Assembly (NCBI GenBank): GCA_963719505.1
Contig: CAVRCF010000001.1
Span: forward strand, 448,001 to 512,000
Source: Halobacteriovoraceae bacterium
GTDB lineage: Bacteria; Bdellovibrionota; Bacteriovoracia; Bacteriovoracales; Bacteriovoracaceae
Direction of reading: 5' to 3'
DNA: 64,000 nt
Part shown: one piece after another, positions 26,080-36,200 of the stretch
Position numbering within the stretch: the stretch's first letter is position 1
Layout: each line of letters opens with the position of its first letter
Notes under the pieces: model-generated
Seen by the model: the letters and a program-made list of their open reading frames with translations, nothing else
Database searches by the model: none
Told to the model about the DNA's origin: nothing
Position numbers and translations under genes: made by a program

Positions 26080-29000
26080 ATGAAAATTATCGTCATGTTC
26101 TGGTTTGTACTAGTCCTATCTTGTGGGCAGCAACAAACTAAAATGAGCAGTAAACTTTTATCCGCCAGCGAACGAAAATCACTTTCGACAAAGTGCGAAG
26201 ACGCTAATTTTCACACAGATGTTTTAACGAAAAACGGCTTGATAAAGATATTTGAATGTCTCTCTTGGAAAGAAAAGTACCCCCAAGTTAGTCGCTGGTT
26301 GATCTCTATTGATGAAACTGATTTGAATAACTCTCTAGCTACTTTCAATCAAACATTTTTCAGGTCTACAGCGACAAGAAATAAATTTCTAGATTTCGCC
26401 AAAGAGTATATCTTAGAGGATGTCATTAAAGAGTGGCATACTTTAGCCAAGAACCTCTCTGAGGAATCCTTGCCGATTAATTTTTTAGATATTATATCTC
26501 AAAACAATCAAAACTTTCCTGAAATAAAACAACAGTCATTGCTGGTAGTAGGTGAATCTTTAGGTGGCATTTCTCAAAACCTTCAAGATAAGATCCAGAT
26601 AACTTTTCGTGAAATAAAAAACGATAAACCCCTTTACAGCAAATTGCCCCCTCTTCTTCAGGTGATACTGTCTGAATATGTCAAAGATCCAAAATCTTTT
26701 TTCAAGATGTTCAGTTCACTTGTTAGTCCAGACGAAGAACTCATCTTGGGTTTACAGACTATGGAGGGCCATAATTTTCAAAACCTACTTTACTACCCAA
26801 GAAGTAGAGAGAACGTCCAGCAGACCGCTGCTAGGTTGCAGCAGATTATTGTTAATAATGAGTACGCCTGTAGCGACACGACTGGTATCTATGAGCTGAA
26901 TCAAGTTAAAGAGCTAACAAGTAGAATGAAAGATCTTCGAGCTCTTAGTCACGAAGATTTTCTTTTTAGTCTCTATGATTTGCGGCTTAAATTTACTCTT
27001 TTTAACAATATTTGTTACTATAAAGAACTTGATGATCTCGTCAAAGTATTTATGGATGATCTGATTGAATTCTCCATTGATCCTGTCGGTTTTAATACCC
27101 TCAAGAGGGTTGCCCTTGGATCTGATGACGACTTCTCTCTTTTTAACTATATTAGTTCTGACTTTTTTAGCACCTATAAAAAGCTTGTTGAGCATGACAC
27201 AGAAGAAACGCTGATGAATTTACTCCCAGCGCTCCAAGCAATATCTATAAATGATTTGAAGCTTTTTTCAAATATACTTGGAGAACTGTCTTTAGACCTC
27301 TCTTTTGCAGCTCAATTTAAGTTGTATTGGAGTGAGTTTTCGACAAAAGAAAAAAACACAATTTTACATTTTGTTCGAGATAGTATTTTTTCTAAAGGGA
27401 AAATAACATCCTCTCTTATGGCCGGTGCAAAGCTTTTGAATTTATATCCTAACCTTATAAAGGACATTTATAAAAACACTGAAAAAGCTGGTGTCATAAG
27501 GCTTTTGAAAAAGTTCTCAGAAGCCTCTCAAAAAGAGGGTTTTAGGAATGATCTCTCTCATTTTGTGAGCGATGAAAACTTTGGACAATTGTTGCGAATC
27601 CTTGGACAAACAAAAGATGAGAAGCGCCCCGAGACAGACAGTGATGTTTCTGTGGCAAGAGTGCAGCAAGACAAGGGGAGCGCAATAAAGAGTTGCTTGA
27701 ATGATCTCTTTGAGAAGGTTAAGGGGGAATATAACTTTTGGACCTTGTTGGAAAAATACCCTGAAACTTGCCAAAGGCTTCCGGAACAAAAAAAAGAGAT
27801 GGCACATTTAGTCTTTGAATGGACCTTTGATATTGATCGGATCTTTCTTAAGTTTACCGGACAGAAGTTTGCTGTCGACTACGGAGTTATTTCTCCGCAA
27901 ATGATGCGCTACTATCATGAGCTCATTCACCTAACAAACAGACATTTACAAAAGAATAACCCTAACTATGTTTTAGAGACTATCGATCGGGTGAGAAAGC
28001 ATCTTTTTGACTTCAATTTGATAGGTGTTCTAGACTCATTTGTAACAGTGGCAAATAATACGATTGTTGGCTCAAGAAAAGAGACTGACCAAGCTTTAAA
28101 GCTACTCGTTGAAGCAGACTTCTCACAAGTAGATTCTTCAATTAAAAACCTTCTTTTGAGCTTAAACACCAAAGAACAAAAACCATCTAGTTATACTTAC
28201 ACTAAAAAATTAAATACTAGGGTTGGAGAAAAGAACACTTCATCGACAAAAGAAATCCTCAGTTTTGCAAAGGATACAAAAAAGCTTTTGTTAAAAGAGA
28301 ATGATGGACAAAACCTTTTGAGCAGTGTGATTGATCTTCTTCATCCCAAAAGTGGAGTTCCAATTCCCATGTTTCGGGATCAACAAAGAATAAAGAAATT
28401 TAACTTACAAGAATTTTTACTATTCCTCTATGATGCTTCATCTGGCGAAACAGCGGAGGAAGTTCTTTACCGAGATGAAAAAGGAAGTCAAGTTGTATCA
28501 CTTACTCTTATTCAAAGACTTGAACTAGTCATTAGAGAGATTGGATTTTTGAATAATTTCTACGGAGCCTTTTTCATAAATAAAATTGCAAAAGCAAAAA
28601 ACTATACAAGGCAAATTATAAAAATGAAGAAGACTCTAAGGGTTATAGATAAGTCGAGCGGTCTTTTTAGAAAACTAGGTATATTTCCTAAGGAAACTCA
28701 ATGGGCTTTTAAGAATATTGATCAAGCCTATGATTCACTTTGGCAACTCAACGATGGAAAGATGAGGTACGGAGATCTTATTCAATCTATATTGGCCACT
28801 ACCGTAACGAGTTCACCAGTGAACGCTCAATCATTTTCAGCACTAAGAAGACCCGACACCAATAGGGTTGAAGACCATAATGGTAAGTTCATTCGGTTGT
28901 TAACAAAAAATTCTATTCTTACTCATTTAAGTTTTTTCTTAAGAGAGAACTTCTCAAGAGATGAAATTGAGAACTCAGAATCTATAAGTATGGTTTCTGA

Positions 29001-29685
29001 AAACTTTCTAAAATTTATTTCTCAAGACGATCTTCTTTTACTGATGAGAAAAGTCTTGGAACATGAAAACTTTGAGGCAATCTTGGAAGACCTTGTGACT
29101 GAAAAAGATTTCTCTCTGGATGGTCTTTCCCACATCTTTAAGCTACTGGCCGATATGTCTTTAACTTTTAAGAATGAAGAATTGGGGAATTTAACTGGAG
29201 CTGTGATGGCTTTGATGGATCATTATTTTATTGTGATGAATATTGATAAAAAGGATAGTTTACGAGGGCTCGTGTCCCAATTTGCATCCATGGAAAGTGA
29301 AAAAAGGGTATCAGCATTAAAGGTATTAAAGTATTTCCCAAGAAAGGTTTCTGTTGACCGCCTTCAAATAGAGCAACTTGTCGCCAAGATAAATTTCTAT
29401 ACAAAAATGGGTGACAATAATAGTGGGTTTTTTAGAGAGTTCACTGGCGATAAGGACTTTAGTGTTACCCCAATTTTAAAGATGTTGCGCAGCACTCATC
29501 TGGAACAAGGAAATTTTAATTATTTTTATCATTTATTCGAGGTTTTGGGTGAGCGCGATGCTGAGGGCAGCATGCTCAAGCATGGTCTAGATAAACTCTT
29601 CAATGAAAAGTCCAACCAATTAGAGTCTTTTTTGTCTGACATTTTTACTCGGTTTGAGGACCAAAGCAGTTCTAAAAAGTTGTGA
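26080..29685 (+). CDS. Large (1201 aa) predicted lipoprotein of unknown function
   Basis: Lipobox VLSC at residue 15; helical Leu/Phe-rich composition; no recognised catalytic motif. Confidence 0.7.
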   Translation: MKIIVMFWFVLVLSCGQQQTKMSSKLLSASERKSLSTKCEDANFHTDVLTKNGLIKIFECLSWKEKYPQVSRWLISIDETDLNNSLATFNQTFFRSTATRNKFLDFAKEYILEDVIKEWHTLAKNLSEESLPINFLDIISQNNQNFPEIKQQSLLVVGESLGGISQNLQDKIQITFREIKNDKPLYSKLPPLLQVILSEYVKDPKSFFKMFSSLVSPDEELILGLQTMEGHNFQNLLYYPRSRENVQQTAARLQQIIVNNEYACSDTTGIYELNQVKELTSRMKDLRALSHEDFLFSLYDLRLKFTLFNNICYYKELDDLVKVFMDDLIEFSIDPVGFNTLKRVALGSDDDFSLFNYISSDFFSTYKKLVEHDTEETLMNLLPALQAISINDLKLFSNILGELSLDLSFAAQFKLYWSEFSTKEKNTILHFVRDSIFSKGKITSSLMAGAKLLNLYPNLIKDIYKNTEKAGVIRLLKKFSEASQKEGFRNDLSHFVSDENFGQLLRILGQTKDEKRPETDSDVSVARVQQDKGSAIKSCLNDLFEKVKGEYNFWTLLEKYPETCQRLPEQKKEMAHLVFEWTFDIDRIFLKFTGQKFAVDYGVISPQMMRYYHELIHLTNRHLQKNNPNYVLETIDRVRKHLFDFNLIGVLDSFVTVANNTIVGSRKETDQALKLLVEADFSQVDSSIKNLLLSLNTKEQKPSSYTYTKKLNTRVGEKNTSSTKEILSFAKDTKKLLLKENDGQNLLSSVIDLLHPKSGVPIPMFRDQQRIKKFNLQEFLLFLYDASSGETAEEVLYRDEKGSQVVSLTLIQRLELVIREIGFLNNFYGAFFINKIAKAKNYTRQIIKMKKTLRVIDKSSGLFRKLGIFPKETQWAFKNIDQAYDSLWQLNDGKMRYGDLIQSILATTVTSSPVNAQSFSALRRPDTNRVEDHNGKFIRLLTKNSILTHLSFFLRENFSRDEIENSESISMVSENFLKFISQDDLLLLMRKVLEHENFEAILEDLVTEKDFSLDGLSHIFKLLADMSLTFKNEELGNLTGAVMALMDHYFIVMNIDKKDSLRGLVSQFASMESEKRVSALKVLKYFPRKVSVDRLQIEQLVAKINFYTKMGDNNSGFFREFTGDKDFSVTPILKMLRSTHLEQGNFNYFYHLFEVLGERDAEGSMLKHGLDKLFNEKSNQLESFLSDIFTRFEDQSSSKKL

Positions 29686-29732
29686 TGTAACAACCCTTTG
29701 ATGTATAATGGTGTCTCTAAATAAGCAAAGGA

Positions 29733-30926
29733 ATGTTGTTGAAAGTTATAGAGCTATCCAAAGATGGAGCACAAAAATTACTTAAAGGAGCTAAGGAGCT
29801 TTATCCTCGAGATTTAGATGGATCTGTTAAATCTTGTACTCCTGGAGAATGGCTTTTTCTCAAAAACTCTCGAAAGAATATTCACTATCTCAGCTTTGTT
29901 AACCCCCTCGCTGTTGATTCGCCTATAGCTCATATAACTATTGAAACAGATCCCATTCCTAAAACTGAAGAGCAATTCCTCTTCGAGCTTATCGAAGCCT
30001 CGGTGAAAAGACGCGATATTTTTAAAAGCTATGAGAAGGGATGTCGACTTGTTTATGGCAATTCTGATTCACTTCCAGGACTAGTAGTTGATGCCTATTT
30101 AAATGCTGTGATTATACAGATCAATACAGCTGGGATAGATAAGTATAGAAAAAAGATTGAAGAATACTTCACAACTAAGTTTAATACGAGAAAAGTCTAC
30201 CTTTTAGATAATGAAAAATATCGTGAAAGAGAAGCTCTTCCAATTTATGAGAAAACTAAAATCTCTGAAGATCTTTTAATTGAAGAAAATGGTCTGAGCT
30301 TTTATGTAGAAAAAGAGAAAGTTCAGAAAGTTGGATATTACTATGACCATAGAGAAAATAGAGCAAGAGCTAGAAACCTTGTAGCGAAACTTAATCGAAA
30401 ATACAAAAAGGGCTTAGACCTCTTCTCTTACGTTGGTAGCTGGGGGATGAATGTTTTGGCTGGTGGTGTCGAACATATCACCTTTGTTGATCAAGGTGAT
30501 ATGTCTCATAGTACATTAAAGAGTTTAGAGCTAAATGACTTTTCATCTCGAGGAACCTTTATAAGAGAAAATGTATTTGATTATCTAAAAACTCAAAAAA
30601 ATAATAATAGTAAATTTGATATTATCTGTTCAGATCCTCCCGCTTTTTGTAAAAGTAAAAAAGAAGAGAGAAAAGCTTATGATGGTTACCTCAAACTTCA
30701 TAAGCTATTGATGGATCTTTTAGACAGAGATAGTATATTAATCGCTTGCTCCTGCACTTTGTATGTTGATTGGAATTCATTCCAGAAAAATATTGAAGAA
30801 GCAGCTTTTGCCAAGCAGAGAAAAATTCAATTGCTTGATTGTGGAGTTCAAGGTTTTGACCATCCCACAACAAGTCTCAATAGTAAAAATTCATATTTAA
30901 AATATTTTGCATACAGGGTGGAGTAA
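29733..30926 (+). CDS. Class I SAM-dependent rRNA methyltransferase (RlmI-like)
   Basis: RLVYGNSDSLPGLVVD, QKVGYYYDHRENR, DLFSYVG, DPPAF, CSC, YLK. Confidence 0.85.
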   Translation: MLLKVIELSKDGAQKLLKGAKELYPRDLDGSVKSCTPGEWLFLKNSRKNIHYLSFVNPLAVDSPIAHITIETDPIPKTEEQFLFELIEASVKRRDIFKSYEKGCRLVYGNSDSLPGLVVDAYLNAVIIQINTAGIDKYRKKIEEYFTTKFNTRKVYLLDNEKYREREALPIYEKTKISEDLLIEENGLSFYVEKEKVQKVGYYYDHRENRARARNLVAKLNRKYKKGLDLFSYVGSWGMNVLAGGVEHITFVDQGDMSHSTLKSLELNDFSSRGTFIRENVFDYLKTQKNNNSKFDIICSDPPAFCKSKKEERKAYDGYLKLHKLLMDLLDRDSILIACSCTLYVDWNSFQKNIEEAAFAKQRKIQLLDCGVQGFDHPTTSLNSKNSYLKYFAYRVE

Positions 30927-30928
30927 CT

Positions 30929-31876
30929 ATGTCTGATTTAAGAAAGAAAGTTGTTGATATTGTAGAAGATGCTAAAAAGGTTGTGTTCGGGCAAGACAAT
31001 ATGCTTGAGGCAATTATAGCAGCTTTAGTTTGTGAAGGGCATCTACTGATAGAAGGTATGCCAGGCCTTGGAAAGACTTTAAGTGTTTCTATCATGAGTA
31101 AATTGTGTGATCTAGACTTTAAGAGAGTTCAGTTTACCCCAGATCTTTTGCCATCAGACCTTATTGGAACAATGATTTATAATCAGCAAAAAGAAGAATT
31201 TTCCACAAAATTTGGACCTATCTTCACTCAACTTGTGCTTGCCGATGAGATTAACAGGTCTCCCGCTAAGGTTCAGGCTGCGTTGTTAGAAGCGATGGCC
31301 GAAAAACAAGTAACAATTGGTGATACGACTTTTAAGCTACAATCTCCATTTGTTGTTTTGGCAACACAAAACCCAATAGAACAAGAGGGAACCTATAACC
31401 TACCAGAAGCTCAACTTGATAGATTTATGATGAAGATCACTGTGGACTATCCAGAATTTGAAGCGGAGAAATCTATTCTTGATTTAAAAATGAGTAGTAT
31501 GGATAAATTAGTAGCGAAGCTGGGAGCTGATGATCTACTACTTCTAAAAGAAAAAGTAGAAAGTATCTATGTGGATGACAAAATTAAAGATTTAATTATT
31601 AAAATCGTCCACGCGACAAGACCTGGCTCTACACACTTTAACTCAGCCTATGAGGGAGTCATCATGGCCGGAGCCTCTCCGAGAGCTTCCATCTGGCTTT
31701 ATAAAATAGCTAAGTTTAAAGCCTTTCTTGCAGGTGCAGACTTCGTGACACCAGAGCATATCCTCTCAATCGTTAAGGGAGTTCTAGGGCACCGAGTGCT
31801 TCTGTCTTATGAAGCTGTCATTGATAAGGTTGATGTTGGAGAGCTGGTTTACAAAATTGCGAGTGAAAAGGTTTAA
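30929..31876 (+). CDS. moxR: MoxR family AAA+ ATPase
   Basis: GMPGLGKT, RVQFTPDLLPSD, ADEINR, ATQNPIEQEGTY.LPEAQLDRF. Confidence 0.95.
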   Translation: MSDLRKKVVDIVEDAKKVVFGQDNMLEAIIAALVCEGHLLIEGMPGLGKTLSVSIMSKLCDLDFKRVQFTPDLLPSDLIGTMIYNQQKEEFSTKFGPIFTQLVLADEINRSPAKVQAALLEAMAEKQVTIGDTTFKLQSPFVVLATQNPIEQEGTYNLPEAQLDRFMMKITVDYPEFEAEKSILDLKMSSMDKLVAKLGADDLLLLKEKVESIYVDDKIKDLIIKIVHATRPGSTHFNSAYEGVIMAGASPRASIWLYKIAKFKAFLAGADFVTPEHILSIVKGVLGHRVLLSYEAVIDKVDVGELVYKIASEKV

Positions 31877-32703
31877 TGAATCTTAAAGAAATTGAAAAAG
31901 TTGTAGCGTCAATACGCACACATCTTTTTAGAAATTCAAACTCTTTTTCTGTTGGAATGTTAAAGTCACACTTTAAAGGTGCCGGATTACAATTTAAGGA
32001 GCATCAAGTTTATGCCCCTGGAGATGATGTTCGTTTTATTGATTGGAAACTGTCAGCGAAGTCTGACAACACTTTTGTAAAAACCTTTGAAGAAGAAAGA
32101 AATGTAGAGATTATTGTCGCAATAGACCTAGCGTCGAACATGTTAACTGGCTACAAAGGTATTTCAAAATTACAGTCAGCAATTGAAATTGCTTGTCTTC
32201 TCTTTCTTCTCGCCGAACAAAGTAAAGATAAGGTAAAGATTATTATACTTTTAGATAAAGCCATCATTCTACCTGCACAGTCTGGCCATAAAGGAATAGC
32301 CCTTTTTGTGTCAACGTTAGAGAAACACAATATTCTTTTAGGAAATGGAAAAGTTAACTTTCGCAATCAATTCGAAAATTTGATGACAGAAACAAAGAAG
32401 CTTGGTCTTTTGAAATCTTTTGTTGCGAAAGGAAAGGAAGTGGTATTTCTTTCGGATTTTTCTGAAATAGATCAGATGGATGTTCTGAATAAACTAATCT
32501 ATAGAAAAAATATGCACTGCTTTAAAGTTGTTTCGCCTCTTGATGAGGTCGAAAGACAACCTTTTTCAATATTTACATCAATAAAGGGGAAGAAAAAATT
32601 GATTAGCCCCAGTATGAGACACAACGAACAGTTACATGGTCGATGGAAGAAAATAAATGTCGCTAGTAGATATCTGGAGGACTTCGTAAAAGAAATGTTA
32701 TGA
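31876..32703 (+). CDS. DUF58 protein of the MoxR/Bat operon
   Basis: Y.PGDDVRFIDWKLSA, VKTFEEER, LSDF. Confidence 0.9.
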   Translation: MNLKEIEKVVASIRTHLFRNSNSFSVGMLKSHFKGAGLQFKEHQVYAPGDDVRFIDWKLSAKSDNTFVKTFEEERNVEIIVAIDLASNMLTGYKGISKLQSAIEIACLLFLLAEQSKDKVKIIILLDKAIILPAQSGHKGIALFVSTLEKHNILLGNGKVNFRNQFENLMTETKKLGLLKSFVAKGKEVVFLSDFSEIDQMDVLNKLIYRKNMHCFKVVSPLDEVERQPFSIFTSIKGKKKLISPSMRHNEQLHGRWKKINVASRYLEDFVKEML

Positions 32704-33452
32704 AAAATCTTAGTCTATTCATATTCCTTATTTACTCATATTCCTTTGCAGCTCAGGTAGAGCTTTTATCGTTAGATGCTGAAAAGAAATCGACAGGTGA
32801 TATCGTCACCTTCAAGGTTGAAGGTGAGCTTAGCTATGAAGAACTAAAAAGCTACCAAAATAAACGAGTTGGAGACATCTTGTATATACTAGAAGTTAAC
32901 ACAGAAGGTGCGGGTTTATTTATAAGAGGTATTTTGGCTGAACCAAAAAAGAAACCAGCAACTATCCCTCAAGAGATTGTTAAGCCGCCTGAGATGAAAG
33001 ATACCTTTTTGATTAAGAATCTAAACTATGAACCTTCTCAAACAGAGAAATTGAAAGACTTTATTGTTTATCAAGGACCAAAAGTCGAACTCAGTGAAGA
33101 AAGTAAAAAGGCATTGAAAATTATTTTCGCTTTTTTAGCATTGGTCATTATTTCTTTTGTCTCCAAAAAAATTCTTTATATTCGTAGAGAAAAAAAGAAA
33201 GAGCGACAAAGAATCGATGAACTAGAAGAGAAGATCAGAGGACTTGGAAATAAAAATGAGTTCGAGAAATTCTATCAAGATAGAAAACTGATTGCAAAAG
33301 ATATAAAATTTGAAGCTTCAAAGCTTCTGGCATTTGAGAAGGAATTAAACTTAATTCAATATAAACCTTTGTGGACTGCTGAAGAGTTAGAAACTATAAG
33401 AAAAGCATATAAGAAACTTTTGGATAGTATGGAGCGTAATAATGGAGTTTAA
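32700..33452 (+). CDS. Membrane-anchored hypothetical protein of the Bat operon
   Basis: Signal peptide plus one internal TM; overlaps both neighbours. Confidence 0.6.
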   Translation: MKNLSLFIFLIYSYSFAAQVELLSLDAEKKSTGDIVTFKVEGELSYEELKSYQNKRVGDILYILEVNTEGAGLFIRGILAEPKKKPATIPQEIVKPPEMKDTFLIKNLNYEPSQTEKLKDFIVYQGPKVELSEESKKALKIIFAFLALVIISFVSKKILYIRREKKKERQRIDELEEKIRGLGNKNEFEKFYQDRKLIAKDIKFEASKLLAFEKELNLIQYKPLWTAEELETIRKAYKKLLDSMERNNGV

Positions 33453-34413
33453 TTCATTTTATCCAGCTATTTTAGGTCTTTTCGTTACAGTTGCTTGGTC
33501 TCTTGAGTACTGGAAAGCTTTTCAAAAAGCTGAACTGAGTATGCCGATAAAATATATTAAAAAGACGGCAAATACGATGAGAACCCTGTCTTACATCATG
33601 GGACTTATGGGACTCCTTTTAATAACTTTTGCAATGACGGGACCAAGAAAACCTTTAAAGTTTTCACCAAATAATATAGAGGTTAATGACATTTATGTTG
33701 TGGTTGATGTCTCGCGCTCAATGTTGGCTGAGGATCTACAGCCAAACCGTCTCGAAGTCGCGAAGGAAAAACTACGAGACTTTGCTAAGCTTCGACCTAC
33801 AGATCGAATTGGCATTATTATTTTTTCGGAAAAAGTCTTTACTCTTTTGCCATTGACGACTGATCCAGGACTAGTCGATCAAGTATTAGCAGATATAAAA
33901 GTGGGTTTTCTAGGCAGTGGTACCAATATTGGTGATGCACTAGCTCTTGCTGTTGGTAGAGGACAGGCCAGTAAAACAAAAAATAAGGTTGTGGTTCTTT
34001 TAACAGACGGAGTAAATAACGTTGGGAACATGACACCAATAAAGGCTGCTAAGTTAGCGGCTGAATTTAATATAAAGGTTTATACTATCGGTCTAGGTTC
34101 AAATCGAGACGCAAAGTTACCGGTAGGTAATGGACTTTTTGGAACTCAGTATCAAAATATTCCAGGTGGCTCTATTGACTTAGGAACTCTTCAGGAAATA
34201 TCTAAAATTACCAATGGCAAAAGCTATATGGCAAACAGCGAAGACTCTTTAAAAGAGATATTAAGTGATATTCAAAAACTAGAAAAAACTAAAATAGAAA
34301 CTCAAGGGCAAGTTGTTTATGACGAGTTATTCTTTCCTTATCTCCTTTGGGGAATATTTCTATTTTTGGCTTGTGAATTGTCGAGAAAATTTTTGACCAA
34401 GGAGATTGTATGA
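33442..34413 (+). CDS. batA: BatA-like VWA protein
   Basis: DVSRSM MIDAS, PNRL, PLTTD, GTNIGDAL, LLTDG, flanking TMs. Confidence 0.88.
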   Translation: MEFNSFYPAILGLFVTVAWSLEYWKAFQKAELSMPIKYIKKTANTMRTLSYIMGLMGLLLITFAMTGPRKPLKFSPNNIEVNDIYVVVDVSRSMLAEDLQPNRLEVAKEKLRDFAKLRPTDRIGIIIFSEKVFTLLPLTTDPGLVDQVLADIKVGFLGSGTNIGDALALAVGRGQASKTKNKVVVLLTDGVNNVGNMTPIKAAKLAAEFNIKVYTIGLGSNRDAKLPVGNGLFGTQYQNIPGGSIDLGTLQEISKITNGKSYMANSEDSLKEILSDIQKLEKTKIETQGQVVYDELFFPYLLWGIFLFLACELSRKFLTKEIV

Positions 34414-36200
34414 ATTTTATTTATTCGAACTATCTCTTTGTCGCGATTATAATATCAGTATTATTATCATTGATTATTCTAAAGCAAGAAAAAACATTTT
34501 TTAAATGGGTGGAAGATCACTGGTTTTACAAACGATCAAGATCTTCCGTTTTATCAAGTCTGTTTTTTATTGTCGGTTTTCTTCTTCTAACAATAGCCCT
34601 TTTAGATCTTCGCGGACCTGAGAAAAATATTCAAGGAAAAATTAGCGATCAAAAAACGATTTTATTGATTGATAGCTCAGCTAGTATGCTTGCAGAGGAT
34701 GTAAGGCCTAACCGTTTTAGAAAAGCGGTGCTATTGGCCAAACACTTTATTAAAAAAGCTGTTGGACAGCAACTCTCTATTGTCGTTTTTTCCGATACAG
34801 CTAAGCAGATAATGCCATTCACAAATGACATAGATCTATTAGAAGCACGACTGGGGGCTTTGGAAGACATGAAGCTTAATCGCGGTGGGACTTCATTAAC
34901 CTTTGCGATTAAAGAATCTATCCAATTTTTTCAAAATAATTCAAAAGAGGTTTCAGGCAATATTCTTATTTTTACCGATGCAGAGGAGACAGACGGCGGC
35001 ATAGATACAGAAATACCCGACTCAATTACGGTAGGGATTGTTGGAGTGGGAACTGCTAAAGGTGCAACAATCCCAATGCGAACGGAAAAAGGTGTTTTTG
35101 TTGGGAATAAGAAATTTGGAGGAGAGGCTGTTATCACGAAACTAGATGAGGAGTTTATTAAAGGACTTGGATCTAAGATAAAAGACTTTAGATATTGGAT
35201 AGCAACTTCTTATAGCCTTCCAACTGAAGAGATTATGTCATTTTTCACTAAATTACATCGGCTTAAACAGTCAAAGAACAACTTTAGAATAAGACCTGTG
35301 CTAACAAACTATTTACTTGTACCAGCAATGCTTTTTCTTCTGATAAGCATCTTACTGAAGATGAAAAAATCTTTTATTCTACCGCTGCTGCTTTTTTCTC
35401 TAATATCTTTTCGAACTCATTCGCAGGAGAAAGAAGAAGCTCCAAAAGAGAAAAGTGAAACGATTAAAGAATTGGAAAAAAGATTTACCGAAGGTCGAAT
35501 TACTAATGAAGAAAAAAGAGCTTTAGCAAGTAGGCTGCTACAAGAGGGCTTTGTCCAAGAGGCAAATGCGCTTTATCAGGAAATTACGCCCAAAAAAATA
35601 AGTGATAGCAACTTGATTGATAATTTTAATAAGGGCGCTGCTGAGTTCAAGTCAAAAGATATTAAAGGTGGGTTTAATACTTATAAACGTCTTCATGACT
35701 ACCTCGAGGAGAATGATCCAGACTCTGAACTCCTTCCAACAATAAAAAAGAATATGATTAAAGCTCTCGAACAAATGGCCCAGAGTGAGTCTAAAAAAAA
35801 TGACGAGAAAAAAGAGAGTGAAGACGACAAAAATGAGAGTGAGGATCAAAAAGATCAGGGCGATCAAGGTCAGGGAAAGAAGGAAGACGACAAGGGTGGC
35901 AAGGGAAAAGACAAAAAGAATAAAGATGATAAGTCTGAAAATAAAAATGATGAAGAGGGTAACGAAAAAGATAAAAATAAAAAGGATGGAGATCAAAATA
36001 AAGATCCCAAAAAGAAGTCAGAGCAAGAACAAAAAGATAAAAAGAAGGGAAAGCCTAGCGATGGAGATGGGAAGAATTCTGATAAAAAGAAAATTCCGGC
36101 CATCCTTAAACAGCTAATGTCTGATGACAATCAATTGCAAAAAAAGTTGATTGATACTGGAACAACAAAAAGAAAACCAAGAGAAGAAAAGGACTGGTAA
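34410..36200 (+). CDS. BatB/BatC-like VWA plus TPR-like protein with K/D/E-rich linker
   Basis: DSSASM MIDAS, PNRF, PFTND, FTDAE; low-complexity tail ending in KDW. Confidence 0.82.
   Translation: MNFIYSNYLFVAIIISVLLSLIILKQEKTFFKWVEDHWFYKRSRSSVLSSLFFIVGFLLLTIALLDLRGPEKNIQGKISDQKTILLIDSSASMLAEDVRPNRFRKAVLLAKHFIKKAVGQQLSIVVFSDTAKQIMPFTNDIDLLEARLGALEDMKLNRGGTSLTFAIKESIQFFQNNSKEVSGNILIFTDAEETDGGIDTEIPDSITVGIVGVGTAKGATIPMRTEKGVFVGNKKFGGEAVITKLDEEFIKGLGSKIKDFRYWIATSYSLPTEEIMSFFTKLHRLKQSKNNFRIRPVLTNYLLVPAMLFLLISILLKMKKSFILPLLLFSLISFRTHSQEKEEAPKEKSETIKELEKRFTEGRITNEEKRALASRLLQEGFVQEANALYQEITPKKISDSNLIDNFNKGAAEFKSKDIKGGFNTYKRLHDYLEENDPDSELLPTIKKNMIKALEQMAQSESKKNDEKKESEDDKNESEDQKDQGDQGQGKKEDDKGGKGKDKKNKDDKSENKNDEEGNEKDKNKKDGDQNKDPKKKSEQEQKDKKKGKPSDGDGKNSDKKKIPAILKQLMSDDNQLQKKLIDTGTTKRKPREEKDW

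Noticed and set aside
35652-36117. Overlapping ORFs 35652..35996 (-) and 35785..36117 (+) and purine-rich quasi-repeats
   Set aside because: Shadows of the K/D/E-rich linker of the BatB/C-like protein; no fixed repeat-spacer period, so not a CRISPR array
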